Assembly: GCF_002087085.1 (NCBI RefSeq) | Contig: NZ_MWQY01000019.1 | Coordinates: 1-64,000, forward strand | DNA: 64,000 nucleotides | Direction of reading: 5' to 3' | Shown: one piece after another, positions 30,341 through 40,646 of the stretch | How positions within the stretch are numbered: the first letter of the stretch is position 1 | How the letters are laid out: each line of letters starts with the position of its first letter | Position numbers and translations under genes: made by a program | Notes under the pieces: model-generated | The model's database searches: none | Told to the model about the DNA's origin: nothing | What the model saw: only the letters and a program-made list of their open reading frames with translations

Positions 30341-31843
30341 ATGAAAAAACATTGGACAGAAATCTTATCAATTTTATGTGCAGTCTCGCTTACTGTGACC
30401 CTTCTTACAGGATGCAGTAAGGCGGAAAAGACCAGTGAAGAGGTTCAGGACAAACTGGAATACCTCACCAACATCAATGTAGACACGGAGAAATATGATA
30501 TAAATGACAACCCATACCTGGATTACATTGAAGAGCAAAATGGGGTTGATATCGAAATTATCAATGAGGCATCATCTTCTCAATACGTTCAGAAAGCGAG
30601 TATCATTTTCGCCTCCGGCAAACTGCCTGATTATGTACTGATTAATAATGATCTTCGAACAAACTTTTCTATCTGGGCGAGGGAAGGATTACTTCTGCCT
30701 TTGGATGAATATATCGATGAAACAACCTACATGAAGAACGATATTCTGCCCCTTTCCTGGGAACTCTCCAAAATAGATGAAAAGACCTATGCCATTCCGA
30801 TGCAGCGCTACGATGTTTCTCCCCGAATGACATTCGCCCGCAAAGACTGGCTGGACAAGCTCGGAATCGATCCCGACAATGTACGCAGCATAGACGACTG
30901 GTATCACATGCTGAAAGCCTTTGCCAGGAACGATCCCGACGGCAACGGTAAAGACGACACCTACGGAATTACCGGACGAAGTAATGACGAATATTCCCTT
31001 TATATTTTTCTCGATGCCTTCAATGCGGCAAAAGCCCGTTATGTAAACGGAGAGGTTTTACCCAATTATATCCTGCCGGAATACAAAGAGTGGCTAAAAT
31101 TCATGCACAGGCTTTATGAGGAAGGAATAATGGATCCTGAATACGTTGTTAACACGAAGCAGCAGTACTGGGAGAAAATCGCCTCGGATAAAGTCGGCGC
31201 GTTCTATCATTTCTGATCACTCCAGGAATACAGGGGACTGAACGGCAGCAGGGAGAATTTGGTACCGATGACTCCGCCCCAATGGGTTGACGGAACACCC
31301 GGAAAGAACATCAACGCGATGCCCGTCCGACACTGGATTGCAATAAGCAAAGATGCAGGGAATCCGAAAAAGATTGTCGATCTTCTCGACTGGGCATTCT
31401 CACCCGACGGCGGCAATTTTGTACATGCAGGAATCGAAGGAATGGACTATGAACTGACAGGAGACAAGCTTACTGTCAAGCCTGAACGCAAAGGCAAAAG
31501 CTGGGCCTGGAGATTCATTACCATGGGAGTACAGAAGACAAAAATGGATGAACAACTGCTTTATGTATTGGAACAATCATGGGGCAAGTTGGGTCTTCAG
31601 CATCTGGATTTCAGTACTCAACACGGAACATATGATGAAATATCCATGCTGATTCCTCCTTTTCCCGAACTGGCTGATTACGATTTGCTTTCACAACGCG
31701 ATGAATTCAGGGAAAAGGCCATTATTGGTGCAATCGACATCGACGCCGAGTGGGACGATTTTGTCGCACGGTGGAGAAGATCGGGCGGTGATGAATGGAT
31801 CAAATTATACACAGAGTCCTATAACGACATGCAGAATAAATAA
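30341..31843 (+). pseudogene. Sugar ABC substrate-binding lipoprotein interrupted by one in-frame TGA (31214-31216)
   Basis: Lipobox LLTGC; DPDGNGKDDT motif; ORFs 30305-31216 and 31259-31843 are in the same frame, separated only by one TGA. Confidence 0.8.
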
Positions 31844-33856
31844 GTGAGGAATGGAATGAGCAGGCAGGAACTACTTTTCAGCGATAATTTTCAGAAGATA
31901 CCCCTTGGAATGTTTTCCGCGAATGTCGGACCCCATACGGAATATCACTTCCGCGAAGAAGCAGCACCAAAGTATGGCTGGGGAGTGGCCTGCTTTTTCC
32001 ATGACGAATCAAAAGAAGCATGGCACATCAGCGAACGGAATGGGCGCAAAGTCATGCGCCAGACCTTCGCCAATCCCAACAGTTTTACGCACCCGATTGT
32101 CTCTGCAGGTAATCAGTACTGGACAGATTACATACTTACTGTTCTTTGCGCACCATCCGAAACAAATGGTCGATGCGGCTGTATTTTCCGCTACTCGACA
32201 AACCGACGATATTACTATTTCGGCCTGACAACGGAAGGCGCTGAGCTCATCGTTGTAAATGAGGAACTGAAGCTTCACGAAGTACGCGAGAAAGTACTGG
32301 GACAAATAAAATTCTCAAGGAAAAAAGATGTTGTTTATAAACTCACAGTAAGTACGGAAGGTAAAAATATAACATGTTCAATATCGACCGAGGGAGAACC
32401 TCAATCGCATATCGGAATAATTAAAACCATGGATGATACTTTTCAGCGCGGGAAAATCGCATTGATTTCCGATATCCCGGCGGATTTTCTTTCTGTGGAA
32501 GTTACAGGACCAGAATATGCAAGGAGTATAGCCGTTTCGGCACAGAAGAATGAAAAGAACCGACTGGAGCAGCTGCGATCCATGAATCCGAAACCCAGGC
32601 TCTGGAAAAAGATAGCCACCCCCGGTTTCGGAGTCGGCAGGAATCTCCGTTTCGGGGACCTGGATGGAGACGGTGAAATCGAGATCCTGGTTCCACAGGT
32701 GATCCAGCACGGCCCCAGGGACGCATACGCGGAAACAGGCTGCATTACGGCGATTGATCTATCCGGAGACATACTGTGGCGTCATGGGAAACCCGATCCT
32801 GAGGGGTGGTACCTGACAAACGATGTGGCTGTTCAGGTTCATGATGTCGATGGAGACGGCGCCGCTGAAATTGTCTATTGCAGCGGATTCGAAATCAAAA
32901 TTGTCGAAGGATCCACCGGCCGGGTACTCAAGAAGATACCGACACCCGAAAGCTGCGGGCACAACAATCAGTTCCCCAGGATACTCGGGGACAGTATCTT
33001 TTTTTGTGACGTCCGTGGTCTTGGCAGAAAAGGAGACATCCTGCTCAAGGACCGGTACTGGAATTTCTGGGTTTATGATCAGGACTTGAAACTCATCTGG
33101 AAAGGTTCGTGCAAGACCGGTCATTATCCCTACGCCTTCGACATAGATGGTGACGGTAAAGACGAAATTGCAATCGGCTACAGCCTCTATGACGACAATG
33201 GCGACCTTCTCTGGTCGCATGACGATCTCCTTATGGATCACAGCGATGGTGTCGCTATCGTCAACCTTCATGATCCTTTATCACAACCGGATACCGTCCT
33301 TTACGCGGCAAGCGATGAGGGCGTTTTGTTCCTTGATATTAATGGTACCATTCGAAAACACCACTACGTAGGCCACGCACAAAATCCCGCAATACTTAAA
33401 CTGCGCCCGGATCTGCCGGGACTGCAGACTGTGGCCATTGATTTCTGGGGAAATCAGGGAATACTGAATTTCTTCGATGCCGACGGCAACATCTATCATA
33501 CCTGTGAACCCAACAACTTCGGCAGCATGTGTCTTCCGGTTAACTGGCGTGGAGACGGACAAGAGTATTTCCTGCATTCCACCAACTGCAAGCTGGGAGG
33601 GATGTTCGACGGTTGGGGACGACCCGTTGTCGTATTTCCCGACGACGGGCACCCCGATCTGTGCAATGCTGTTTTGGATTTAACAGGAGACTGCCGTGAT
33701 GAAATCGTCACATGGAACCAGGACGAAATCTGGATCTATACCCAGGACGACAACCCTAAAAACGGCAAATTGTACAAACCCCTGCGGAACCCGCAATTCA
33801 ACAATTCCAATTACCAGGCATCAGTTTCAATCCCCGGTTGGACGGAGGAACACTAG
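31844..33856 (+). CDS. FG-GAP/Ca-binding beta-propeller protein, rhamnogalacturonan lyase (PL11)-like, with an N-terminal beta-sandwich
   Basis: Repeated D(L/V/I)DGDG..EI motifs, GH(A)Q, DLTGD.RDEI; located in the sugar ABC cluster. Confidence 0.6.
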   Translation: MRNGMSRQELLFSDNFQKIPLGMFSANVGPHTEYHFREEAAPKYGWGVACFFHDESKEAWHISERNGRKVMRQTFANPNSFTHPIVSAGNQYWTDYILTVLCAPSETNGRCGCIFRYSTNRRYYYFGLTTEGAELIVVNEELKLHEVREKVLGQIKFSRKKDVVYKLTVSTEGKNITCSISTEGEPQSHIGIIKTMDDTFQRGKIALISDIPADFLSVEVTGPEYARSIAVSAQKNEKNRLEQLRSMNPKPRLWKKIATPGFGVGRNLRFGDLDGDGEIEILVPQVIQHGPRDAYAETGCITAIDLSGDILWRHGKPDPEGWYLTNDVAVQVHDVDGDGAAEIVYCSGFEIKIVEGSTGRVLKKIPTPESCGHNNQFPRILGDSIFFCDVRGLGRKGDILLKDRYWNFWVYDQDLKLIWKGSCKTGHYPYAFDIDGDGKDEIAIGYSLYDDNGDLLWSHDDLLMDHSDGVAIVNLHDPLSQPDTVLYAASDEGVLFLDINGTIRKHHYVGHAQNPAILKLRPDLPGLQTVAIDFWGNQGILNFFDADGNIYHTCEPNNFGSMCLPVNWRGDGQEYFLHSTNCKLGGMFDGWGRPVVVFPDDGHPDLCNAVLDLTGDCRDEIVTWNQDEIWIYTQDDNPKNGKLYKPLRNPQFNNSNYQASVSIPGWTEEH

Positions 33857-33902
33857 CCGGCGGGAGAAAATGCTTGTACTTCGACCTGCAAGGGCCTATA
33901 CT

Positions 33903-33940
33903 CATTCTATACGGTTATCATGCGGCTGCCGTATAGAATG
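33903..33940. repeat. Perfect 12-bp inverted repeat cattctatacgg-N14-ccgtatagaatg
   Basis: Read directly from the sequence, between the sugar cluster and the cas region. Confidence 0.85.
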
Positions 33941-33978
33941 TTGATTTCTGTTACAGTATCGGGTTAACAGACGCGTAA

Positions 33979-34200
<222 letters not shown>

Positions 34201-34234
34201 TGAAAAATTGCTTAATACAGGAACAGTGTAAAAA

Positions 34235-36466
34235 ATGAAAGAAATTATCGCCCACGTTAAACAGAACCCGGACGGTTCTTGGGCCATACCCCAAAACCTG
34301 CAAGACCATCTTATGGGAACTGCAGAGCTATCAGCCGCTTTTGCCAGGTCTTTTGATTCAGAATCCTGGGGATATGCTATCGGGATAGCGCATGATTCAG
34401 GTAAAGCTCCGAAGAAATGGCAAAAATATTTAAGAAAAAAGAGCGGATATGGATATGACGAAGAAGCCCATCTTGAAAATATTCCAGGGAAGCTGGAACA
34501 TTCTGCTCCAGGAGCAAAATTAGCCGAAGAAATCTGGGGGCAAGGAATCGGTCGCATACTGTCTTTCTGCATTGCTGGACATCATTCCGGTTTACCTGAT
34601 TGGAGCGGATCTCAAAGTACACTCGCTTTTCGACTTCAACAAGCGAAAGTAGATAAAATTCCGGACGACCTTCGATCTCTCCTTCAAAGAACACGTATAG
34701 ATAAACCGCCACGAAAGTTTGATACGACAGGACTTGATCTTTCATTTTGGATCCGTATGTTGTTTTCCTGTCTGGTTGACGCTGATTTTCTGGATACTGA
34801 ACGTTATATGGATTCAGGAAAACATAAAGATCGCGGAGGATACATTTCGATTCAAGAGCTCTTGATTCGCTTTAACTCGTATATGGAGAATCTCTCACGC
34901 ACATCTCCTGATACGAAAATTAACCGGATCAGACAGACGGTTCTTTCAGATTGTAGAAAAGCTGCCTTACTAAAACCTGGGTTCTTTTCTCTGACGGTCC
35001 CGACAGGTGGAGGAAAAACATTATCGAGCATGGCATTCAGTCTCGATCATGCCGCATTGTACAGAAAGGACCGTATTATCTACGTCATCCCATATACAAG
35101 CATTATTGAACAAAACACCGATGTGTTCCGCTGTGCCCTTGGCACAGCGCAGGTCGTTGAGCATCACTCAAATCTTAATGAAGACGATCTTACAGCTAAG
35201 GCCCGCCTGGCTGCCGAGAATTGGGATGCCCCTGTAATTGTTACGACTTCGGTTCAATTTTTTGAGTCTCTGTTTTCTGCAAAATCCAGCCGGTGCCGCA
35301 AACTGCACAATATCTGTAACAGTGTGATAATTCTGGATGAGGCACAGCTGCTGCCTGCAATATTCCTGGACCCGATTTTGCGGACAATGGAACTTCTCGT
35401 TGAACATTACCAGGTTTCCTTTGTTATTTGTACGGCCACACAGCCTGCACTGGAGAAGCAAGAACATATACCAGAATTTCCGGGGATCGCCGCGGGATCG
35501 ATCAGGGAGATTGTTCAGGATGTTCCATCCCTCTATCGGCAGTTAAAACGCGTTAATGTGAAGATTCCGGATGACTTAAAAACACCCAGAACTTGGGAGG
35601 ACCTTTCAGCAGAATTACAGGCATACGAAAGTGTTCTCTGTATTGTCTCTGACAGAAAAAGCTGTAAAGAGCTTTTTCATCTTATGCCGCACGGGACATA
35701 TCATCTTTCGGCATTGATGTGTGCCCAACACCGCAGTGAATTAATCAAGCAGATAAAAGCCGATTTACAAGCCGGAGTACCAACCAGGGTGATAAGTACT
35801 CAACTTGTAGAGGCAGGTGTGGATATGGACTTTCCGGTAGTCTACCGTGCCATTGCAGGTTTGGACTCCATCGCCCAGGCAGCAGGACGCTGCAACCGGG
35901 AAGGACGTCTGAACGAAAACGAACAAATGGGAAGGGTTGTATTATTTGTTCCGCCAAAGAGGCCCCCTTCAGGCATCTTGCGGAAGGCCCAGGAAACTGC
36001 CGTCCGCATCCTTAGTACAGGGATAAGGGACCCCATTGATCAAAGCGTTTTTTATGAATATTTCAGTGAACTCTATTGGAAAGTGAACTCGTTGGATGAC
36101 AGGGATATTATAAAACGACTGACCCCGGACCAGAAAAACCTGGATATAAGCTTTCGAACTGCTGGAGAGGCCTTCAAGATTATTGATGACACCTTGCAGA
36201 GAAGCATTCTTGTTCCCTATGGAGAAGGGGATGAGTTAATCACTCTTTTAAAGAACGTCGGACCTGAACGATGGTTGCTGCGTAAACTCCAGCGCTTTAC
36301 CGTCAACATTTACCGTTACGAATTCGACGAACTTTTAAATCGCGGATCTATACACGAAATAAGTCCGGGAATTTTCTCCCTTATTTGTAATGTAGAGTAT
36401 GATGACAATACAGGGTTAAAAACAGATTCGGAATTATTCGAACCGGAAAGTTATATAAGTTGTTAA
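34235..36466 (+). CDS. cas3: CRISPR-associated helicase/nuclease Cas3 (HD + SF2)
   Basis: HL...HDSGK, GHH, DADFLDT (HD); PTGGGKT, DEAQ, TAT, QAAGRCNR (helicase). Confidence 0.96.
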   Translation: MKEIIAHVKQNPDGSWAIPQNLQDHLMGTAELSAAFARSFDSESWGYAIGIAHDSGKAPKKWQKYLRKKSGYGYDEEAHLENIPGKLEHSAPGAKLAEEIWGQGIGRILSFCIAGHHSGLPDWSGSQSTLAFRLQQAKVDKIPDDLRSLLQRTRIDKPPRKFDTTGLDLSFWIRMLFSCLVDADFLDTERYMDSGKHKDRGGYISIQELLIRFNSYMENLSRTSPDTKINRIRQTVLSDCRKAALLKPGFFSLTVPTGGGKTLSSMAFSLDHAALYRKDRIIYVIPYTSIIEQNTDVFRCALGTAQVVEHHSNLNEDDLTAKARLAAENWDAPVIVTTSVQFFESLFSAKSSRCRKLHNICNSVIILDEAQLLPAIFLDPILRTMELLVEHYQVSFVICTATQPALEKQEHIPEFPGIAAGSIREIVQDVPSLYRQLKRVNVKIPDDLKTPRTWEDLSAELQAYESVLCIVSDRKSCKELFHLMPHGTYHLSALMCAQHRSELIKQIKADLQAGVPTRVISTQLVEAGVDMDFPVVYRAIAGLDSIAQAAGRCNREGRLNENEQMGRVVLFVPPKRPPSGILRKAQETAVRILSTGIRDPIDQSVFYEYFSELYWKVNSLDDRDIIKRLTPDQKNLDISFRTAGEAFKIIDDTLQRSILVPYGEGDELITLLKNVGPERWLLRKLQRFTVNIYRYEFDELLNRGSIHEISPGIFSLICNVEYDDNTGLKTDSELFEPESYISC

Positions 36467-36475
36467 GGAGGAGAT

Positions 36476-37204
36476 ATGAGCTGGTGCCTAGAGGTCTGGG
36501 GCGACTATGCCTGCTTTACCCGTCCGGAAATGAAGGTTGAGCGTGTTAGCTACGATGTAATGACCCCCTCCGCCGCGCGCGCAATATATGAAGCCATTCT
36601 ATGGAAACCCGCCATTCGCTGGCACATAACAAGAATCGATGTTCTGGAACCAATCAAGTGGATTTCTGTCCGTCGCAACGAAGTAGGTAAAATATTTACC
36701 GGTCCAACGCAAGCACATCTTGATGGCCGAAGTGGTGATCCTATGGGATTTGCAGTCGAGGATTACCGTCAACAGCGGGCAGGCCTTTTTCTGCGGGATG
36801 TTCGCTACCGAATTCACGCTTGGTTTGAATTTATTCCACAAGAAAAAAGAATCAGAAACAAATCTGTAACACCTGAGTTCTGGGCCGACAGCGAGGAAGC
36901 GAGCCAGTTCGTCAATGCAAATGAAAACGAAGGAAAATACGCGGCTATGTTCGAACGACGGGCCAGGAAAGGGCAATGCTTTCACAGGCCCTATCTTGGA
37001 TGCAGAGAATTTGCCTGCGATTTCAAATTGGTAGATCCATCACATGATCTGCCACCTTCTATAGAGAAGACTGACGATCTGGGATGGATGCTGTACGACC
37101 TGAACTTTGAAGACCCACAGGACCCGCAACCGATGTTTTTTCGTGCCCTCTTGGAAAACGGTACCATCAACACTGACAGAAACAGCGTGGAGGTGCGTGG
37201 ATGA
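36476..37204 (+). CDS. cas5c: Type I-C Cas5 (Cas5d)
   Basis: WGDYACFTRPEMKVERVSYDVMTPSAAR; PYLGCREF. Confidence 0.96.
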   Translation: MSWCLEVWGDYACFTRPEMKVERVSYDVMTPSAARAIYEAILWKPAIRWHITRIDVLEPIKWISVRRNEVGKIFTGPTQAHLDGRSGDPMGFAVEDYRQQRAGLFLRDVRYRIHAWFEFIPQEKRIRNKSVTPEFWADSEEASQFVNANENEGKYAAMFERRARKGQCFHRPYLGCREFACDFKLVDPSHDLPPSIEKTDDLGWMLYDLNFEDPQDPQPMFFRALLENGTINTDRNSVEVRG

Positions 37205-38937
37205 TACTGCAGGCACTGAAAGATTATTATGACAGAAAAGCAGCTGATCCTGACAGCGGAATTGCACCGATAGGATGGGAGTTAAAGGAAATTCCCTTTG
37301 TGATTGTTCTTGATGCACAAGGAAATCTGGTGCAGATTGAAGATACCCGTGAGGGTATGGGAAAAGAGCGAAGAGCTAAACAGTTTCTGGTTCCAGAAGG
37401 TGTAAAAAAGACATCCGGGATTGCCGCAAATCTTCTCTGGGACGTTGCTGGATATGTTTTCGGTATATCATATTTGGATAAGCTGGACGAAAGTAAAAAA
37501 GCAAAAGCATTGGAACGAGCACCTAAGCAGAAAAAGGCCTTTTACCAGCGCATTTTCAACGAACTACCGCAGAACAAAAAAACACAGGCGATCCTGTCCT
37601 TCCTCAACAATATCAGCATCGATCGACTAAGACAGGAACCAACATGGGCTGAGATATATGAGAAGAATCCAGTGTTGAGTTTTCGCTTTGAAGATGAAAA
37701 TATCCTGTTCTGTCAAAGTGAATCTGTTGTCTCTGCTCTTAGGAAAGAGAATGCAACAGAATCAGCACCGGGATTATGCATGGTTACCGGAGAAGAGGAC
37801 AAGGTAGCCACGCTTCATACTGTAATAAAAGGAGTGTGGGGAGCGCAGAGTTCCGGAGCAAATATAGTTTCATTTAATCTTGATCCCTTTCGTTCTTTTA
37901 ATAAACAACAAGGCAACAATGCTCCGGTTGGTAAAAGGGCAATGTTCGCCTACACAACTGCATTGAATACCTTGCTCGCCAAAGGTTCTGCCCAGCGAAT
38001 GCAGGTGGGAGACGCCTCTACAGTGTTTTGGTCTGCAAAAGCGACCCATTTTGAAAACGATTTTTCTTCCTTTTTTAAAGAACCGGAAAAAGATGATCCG
38101 GATTCTCATACCTCCAGTATCAGAAACCTTTTTGACTCTGTAAACACAGGAGCGTATCTGGAAGATATAGGAACAGAAAGGTTCTACGTGATAGGCCTGG
38201 CCCCCAATGCAGCGCGTATCGCTGTCCGTTTCTGGCAGACAGGAACAGTATCCGAGTTTGCTGCAAGAATAAGGCAACACTTTGAGGATCTGCGGATTAG
38301 TAAACCGGAGAGAGAACAGGAATTCTATTCACTGTGGAGGCTGCTTGTAAACATTGCTGTCCAGGATAAAAGCGAGAATATTCCGCCAAACATTGCCGGA
38401 GACTTTATGCGCTCCATTCTAAACGGAACACCCTATCCGGCATCCCTGCTTCAAGCCGCCATCAGGCGAATTAAAAGCGATACCGTCAACCGGGTAAAAC
38501 CTGTGCGGGCTGCGTTGTTGAAGGCATATCTGAACAGGTATTACCGTTTTCATCCCAATAATAATGAAAAGGAGATTCAAATGTCATTGGATATTGAGCA
38601 AGGGTCAATAGGCTACCAGCTGGGCCGGCTTTTTTCCGTTCTGGAGAAAATCCAGGAAGAGGCAAATCCCGGATTAAACACAACCATAAAGGAGCGCTAC
38701 TACAGTTCGGCATGCAGTTCCCCTGTCACGGTTTTTCCAACCTTGATGCGGCTTAAAAATCATCACATGGCAAAAATGGAGCACAAAGGCAGGGTAACCA
38801 ATATGGAGCGATTGATCGGTGAGATTGTAGGCAGATTTTATGACTTTCCGCCGCACCTCAACCTGCACGAACAGGGAAAATTCGCTATTGGTTATTATCA
38901 TCAACGACAGGATTTTTTTACAAAGAAAGAACAATAA
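37201..38937 (+). CDS. cas8c: Type I-C Cas8c/Csd1
   Basis: MILQALKDYY, LAPNAARIAVRFW, YQLGRLF..LEKIQ, FAIGYYHQ. Confidence 0.95.
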   Translation: MILQALKDYYDRKAADPDSGIAPIGWELKEIPFVIVLDAQGNLVQIEDTREGMGKERRAKQFLVPEGVKKTSGIAANLLWDVAGYVFGISYLDKLDESKKAKALERAPKQKKAFYQRIFNELPQNKKTQAILSFLNNISIDRLRQEPTWAEIYEKNPVLSFRFEDENILFCQSESVVSALRKENATESAPGLCMVTGEEDKVATLHTVIKGVWGAQSSGANIVSFNLDPFRSFNKQQGNNAPVGKRAMFAYTTALNTLLAKGSAQRMQVGDASTVFWSAKATHFENDFSSFFKEPEKDDPDSHTSSIRNLFDSVNTGAYLEDIGTERFYVIGLAPNAARIAVRFWQTGTVSEFAARIRQHFEDLRISKPEREQEFYSLWRLLVNIAVQDKSENIPPNIAGDFMRSILNGTPYPASLLQAAIRRIKSDTVNRVKPVRAALLKAYLNRYYRFHPNNNEKEIQMSLDIEQGSIGYQLGRLFSVLEKIQEEANPGLNTTIKERYYSSACSSPVTVFPTLMRLKNHHMAKMEHKGRVTNMERLIGEIVGRFYDFPPHLNLHEQGKFAIGYYHQRQDFFTKKEQ

Positions 38938-38951
38938 TTATATAGGAGAAA

Positions 38952-39824
38952 ATGATGGAATTGAATAAGCGTTATGATTTTATACTCTTTTTTGATGTAA
39001 AGGATGGCAACCCCAACGGCGATCCCGATGCCGGCAATTTACCCAGGATAGATGCGGAAACCGGAAACGGCCTTGTTACCGATGTCTGCCTGAAACGTAA
39101 AATACGCAATTATGTCGGATTGGCCAAAGGTGAACAGCCTCCCTATGAAATTTATGTAAAAGAGAAGGCTGTCCTGAACGATCAGAACGAACGCGCATAT
39201 AAAGCCTTGGGAGTCGATTTGAGCCAGGACACCGGCAAAAGAAAAGGCGGCGACAAGGTAGAAGAAGCCAGGAAATGGATGTGTCAAAATTTTTACGATG
39301 TACGGACTTTTGGCGCTGTTATGTCTACAGGGATTAACTGTGGTCAAGTTAGAGGACCGATACAGCTAACTTTCGCGCGTTCCGTTGAGCAGGTAGTTTC
39401 TTTGGAACACAGCATTACCAGAATGGCTGTTGCCACACATCAGGAAGCAGAAAAGCAGGGCGGCGACAACAGAACCATGGGTCGCAAATTTACCATTCCG
39501 TATGGGTTATACAGGGTACACGGATTTGTTTCAGCACCCCTAGCAAAGCAGACAGGATTCTCGCAGGAAGATTTGGGACTGTTCTGGGAGGCTTTACAGA
39601 ACATGTTTGAGCATGACCGGTCGGCGGCCAGGGGGTTAATGAGTTCCCGGCGCCTCATTATATTTGAACATACTTCAGCAATGGGCAACAAGCCTGCACA
39701 GGAATTATTCGACAGGATTACCTTTTCCCGAACCAGCGATGGTCCTGCCCGGGATTTCTCCGACTTTAACATCGAATTAGACGGAAATAAACTGAAGGAT
39801 TTCAAAACTATTGTATCAGTATAG
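38952..39824 (+). CDS. cas7c: Type I-C Cas7/Csd2
   Basis: [39 protein letters not shown]. Confidence 0.96.
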   Translation: MMELNKRYDFILFFDVKDGNPNGDPDAGNLPRIDAETGNGLVTDVCLKRKIRNYVGLAKGEQPPYEIYVKEKAVLNDQNERAYKALGVDLSQDTGKRKGGDKVEEARKWMCQNFYDVRTFGAVMSTGINCGQVRGPIQLTFARSVEQVVSLEHSITRMAVATHQEAEKQGGDNRTMGRKFTIPYGLYRVHGFVSAPLAKQTGFSQEDLGLFWEALQNMFEHDRSAARGLMSSRRLIIFEHTSAMGNKPAQELFDRITFSRTSDGPARDFSDFNIELDGNKLKDFKTIVSV

Positions 39825-39841
39825 ATCTTGCTAGGATCCGG

Positions 39842-39940
39842 GCATAAGCCCCTGTGAAGGGGGTGTGGCGAGATCACCGGATGAGGAGAACAACGGTCAC
39901 GTTATACCAATGATGTTTCAACCTGCCATGGCAGGATTTT
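39842..39940 (+). other. Candidate degenerate CRISPR mini-unit (pseudo-repeat / about 37-nt pseudo-spacer / hairpin) between cas7 and cas4
   Basis: gcccct-gtga-agggggtgtgg resembles the repeat core gcccct-cgc-gggcgcgtgg; second hairpin cctgc-catg-gcagg followed by a T-rich tract. Confidence 0.4.
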
Positions 39941-39986
39941 CTTGAACGTTTTTGGTCGGATTCATCATTTATGGAAGAATTAAAGA

Positions 39987-40646
39987 ATGTACCTTGAAGA
40001 AGATCTTATACCCATTTCCGCATTACAGCATGTGTTGTTTTGTGAACGGCAATATGCCCTGATTCATCTTGAACAGGCCTGGGAAGAAAACCGCTTTACC
40101 GCTGAAGGTCGTGTGTTGCATGAACGGGTTGACGACGAACACCACGAGTCCCGCCGACTGCTGAAAACCGAGTACGGCTTGGCAGTTCGATCCCTACATC
40201 ATGGGCTTGTTGGAAAAGCAGATGTGGTGGAGTTCGAAAAAGATCCAAGCGGAGGCTATACAGAAATCAAACCTGTAGAATTCAAAAGGGGCCGCAATAA
40301 AGAGGACGACTTCGACCGTGTACAGCTCTGTGCACTGGCTTTATGCCTTGAAGAAATGTTCGATATGAAAGTTAACCGGGGCGAGTTTTACTATCTTCAG
40401 GAACATCGGCGTACCTCGGTAATACTCGACTCTGAGTTGCGTGACAACACAACCAGTCTTATCATACGGATACGGGAAATTAACAACAGCGGAAAAACAT
40501 CATCAGCACAGTACAACAGAAGAAAATGTGATCGTTGTTCATTGATAGAAATTTGTATGCCCAGAGTAATAGAAAGCGGTGGAAAAAATGTCTCCCGGTA
40601 CATAAAAAACCAAATACGAGCAGCCATAGCTGAAGGGGAAGGATGA
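39987..40646 (+). CDS. cas4: CRISPR-associated exonuclease Cas4
   Basis: ISALQH..FCERQ, GKADVVE, PVEFKRG, C-terminal C..CSL...C Fe-S ligands. Confidence 0.96.
   Translation: MYLEEDLIPISALQHVLFCERQYALIHLEQAWEENRFTAEGRVLHERVDDEHHESRRLLKTEYGLAVRSLHHGLVGKADVVEFEKDPSGGYTEIKPVEFKRGRNKEDDFDRVQLCALALCLEEMFDMKVNRGEFYYLQEHRRTSVILDSELRDNTTSLIIRIREINNSGKTSSAQYNRRKCDRCSLIEICMPRVIESGGKNVSRYIKNQIRAAIAEGEG

Noticed and set aside
31214..31260. Selenocysteine recoding of the in-frame TGA
   Set aside because: No convincing SECIS hairpin directly downstream, no redox motif context, and sugar-binding proteins are not known selenoproteins
35565..35574. TTC followed by cggatga inside cas3, matching the first 7 nt of the pseudo-spacer
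   Set aside because: Too short to distinguish from chance and not in a promoter
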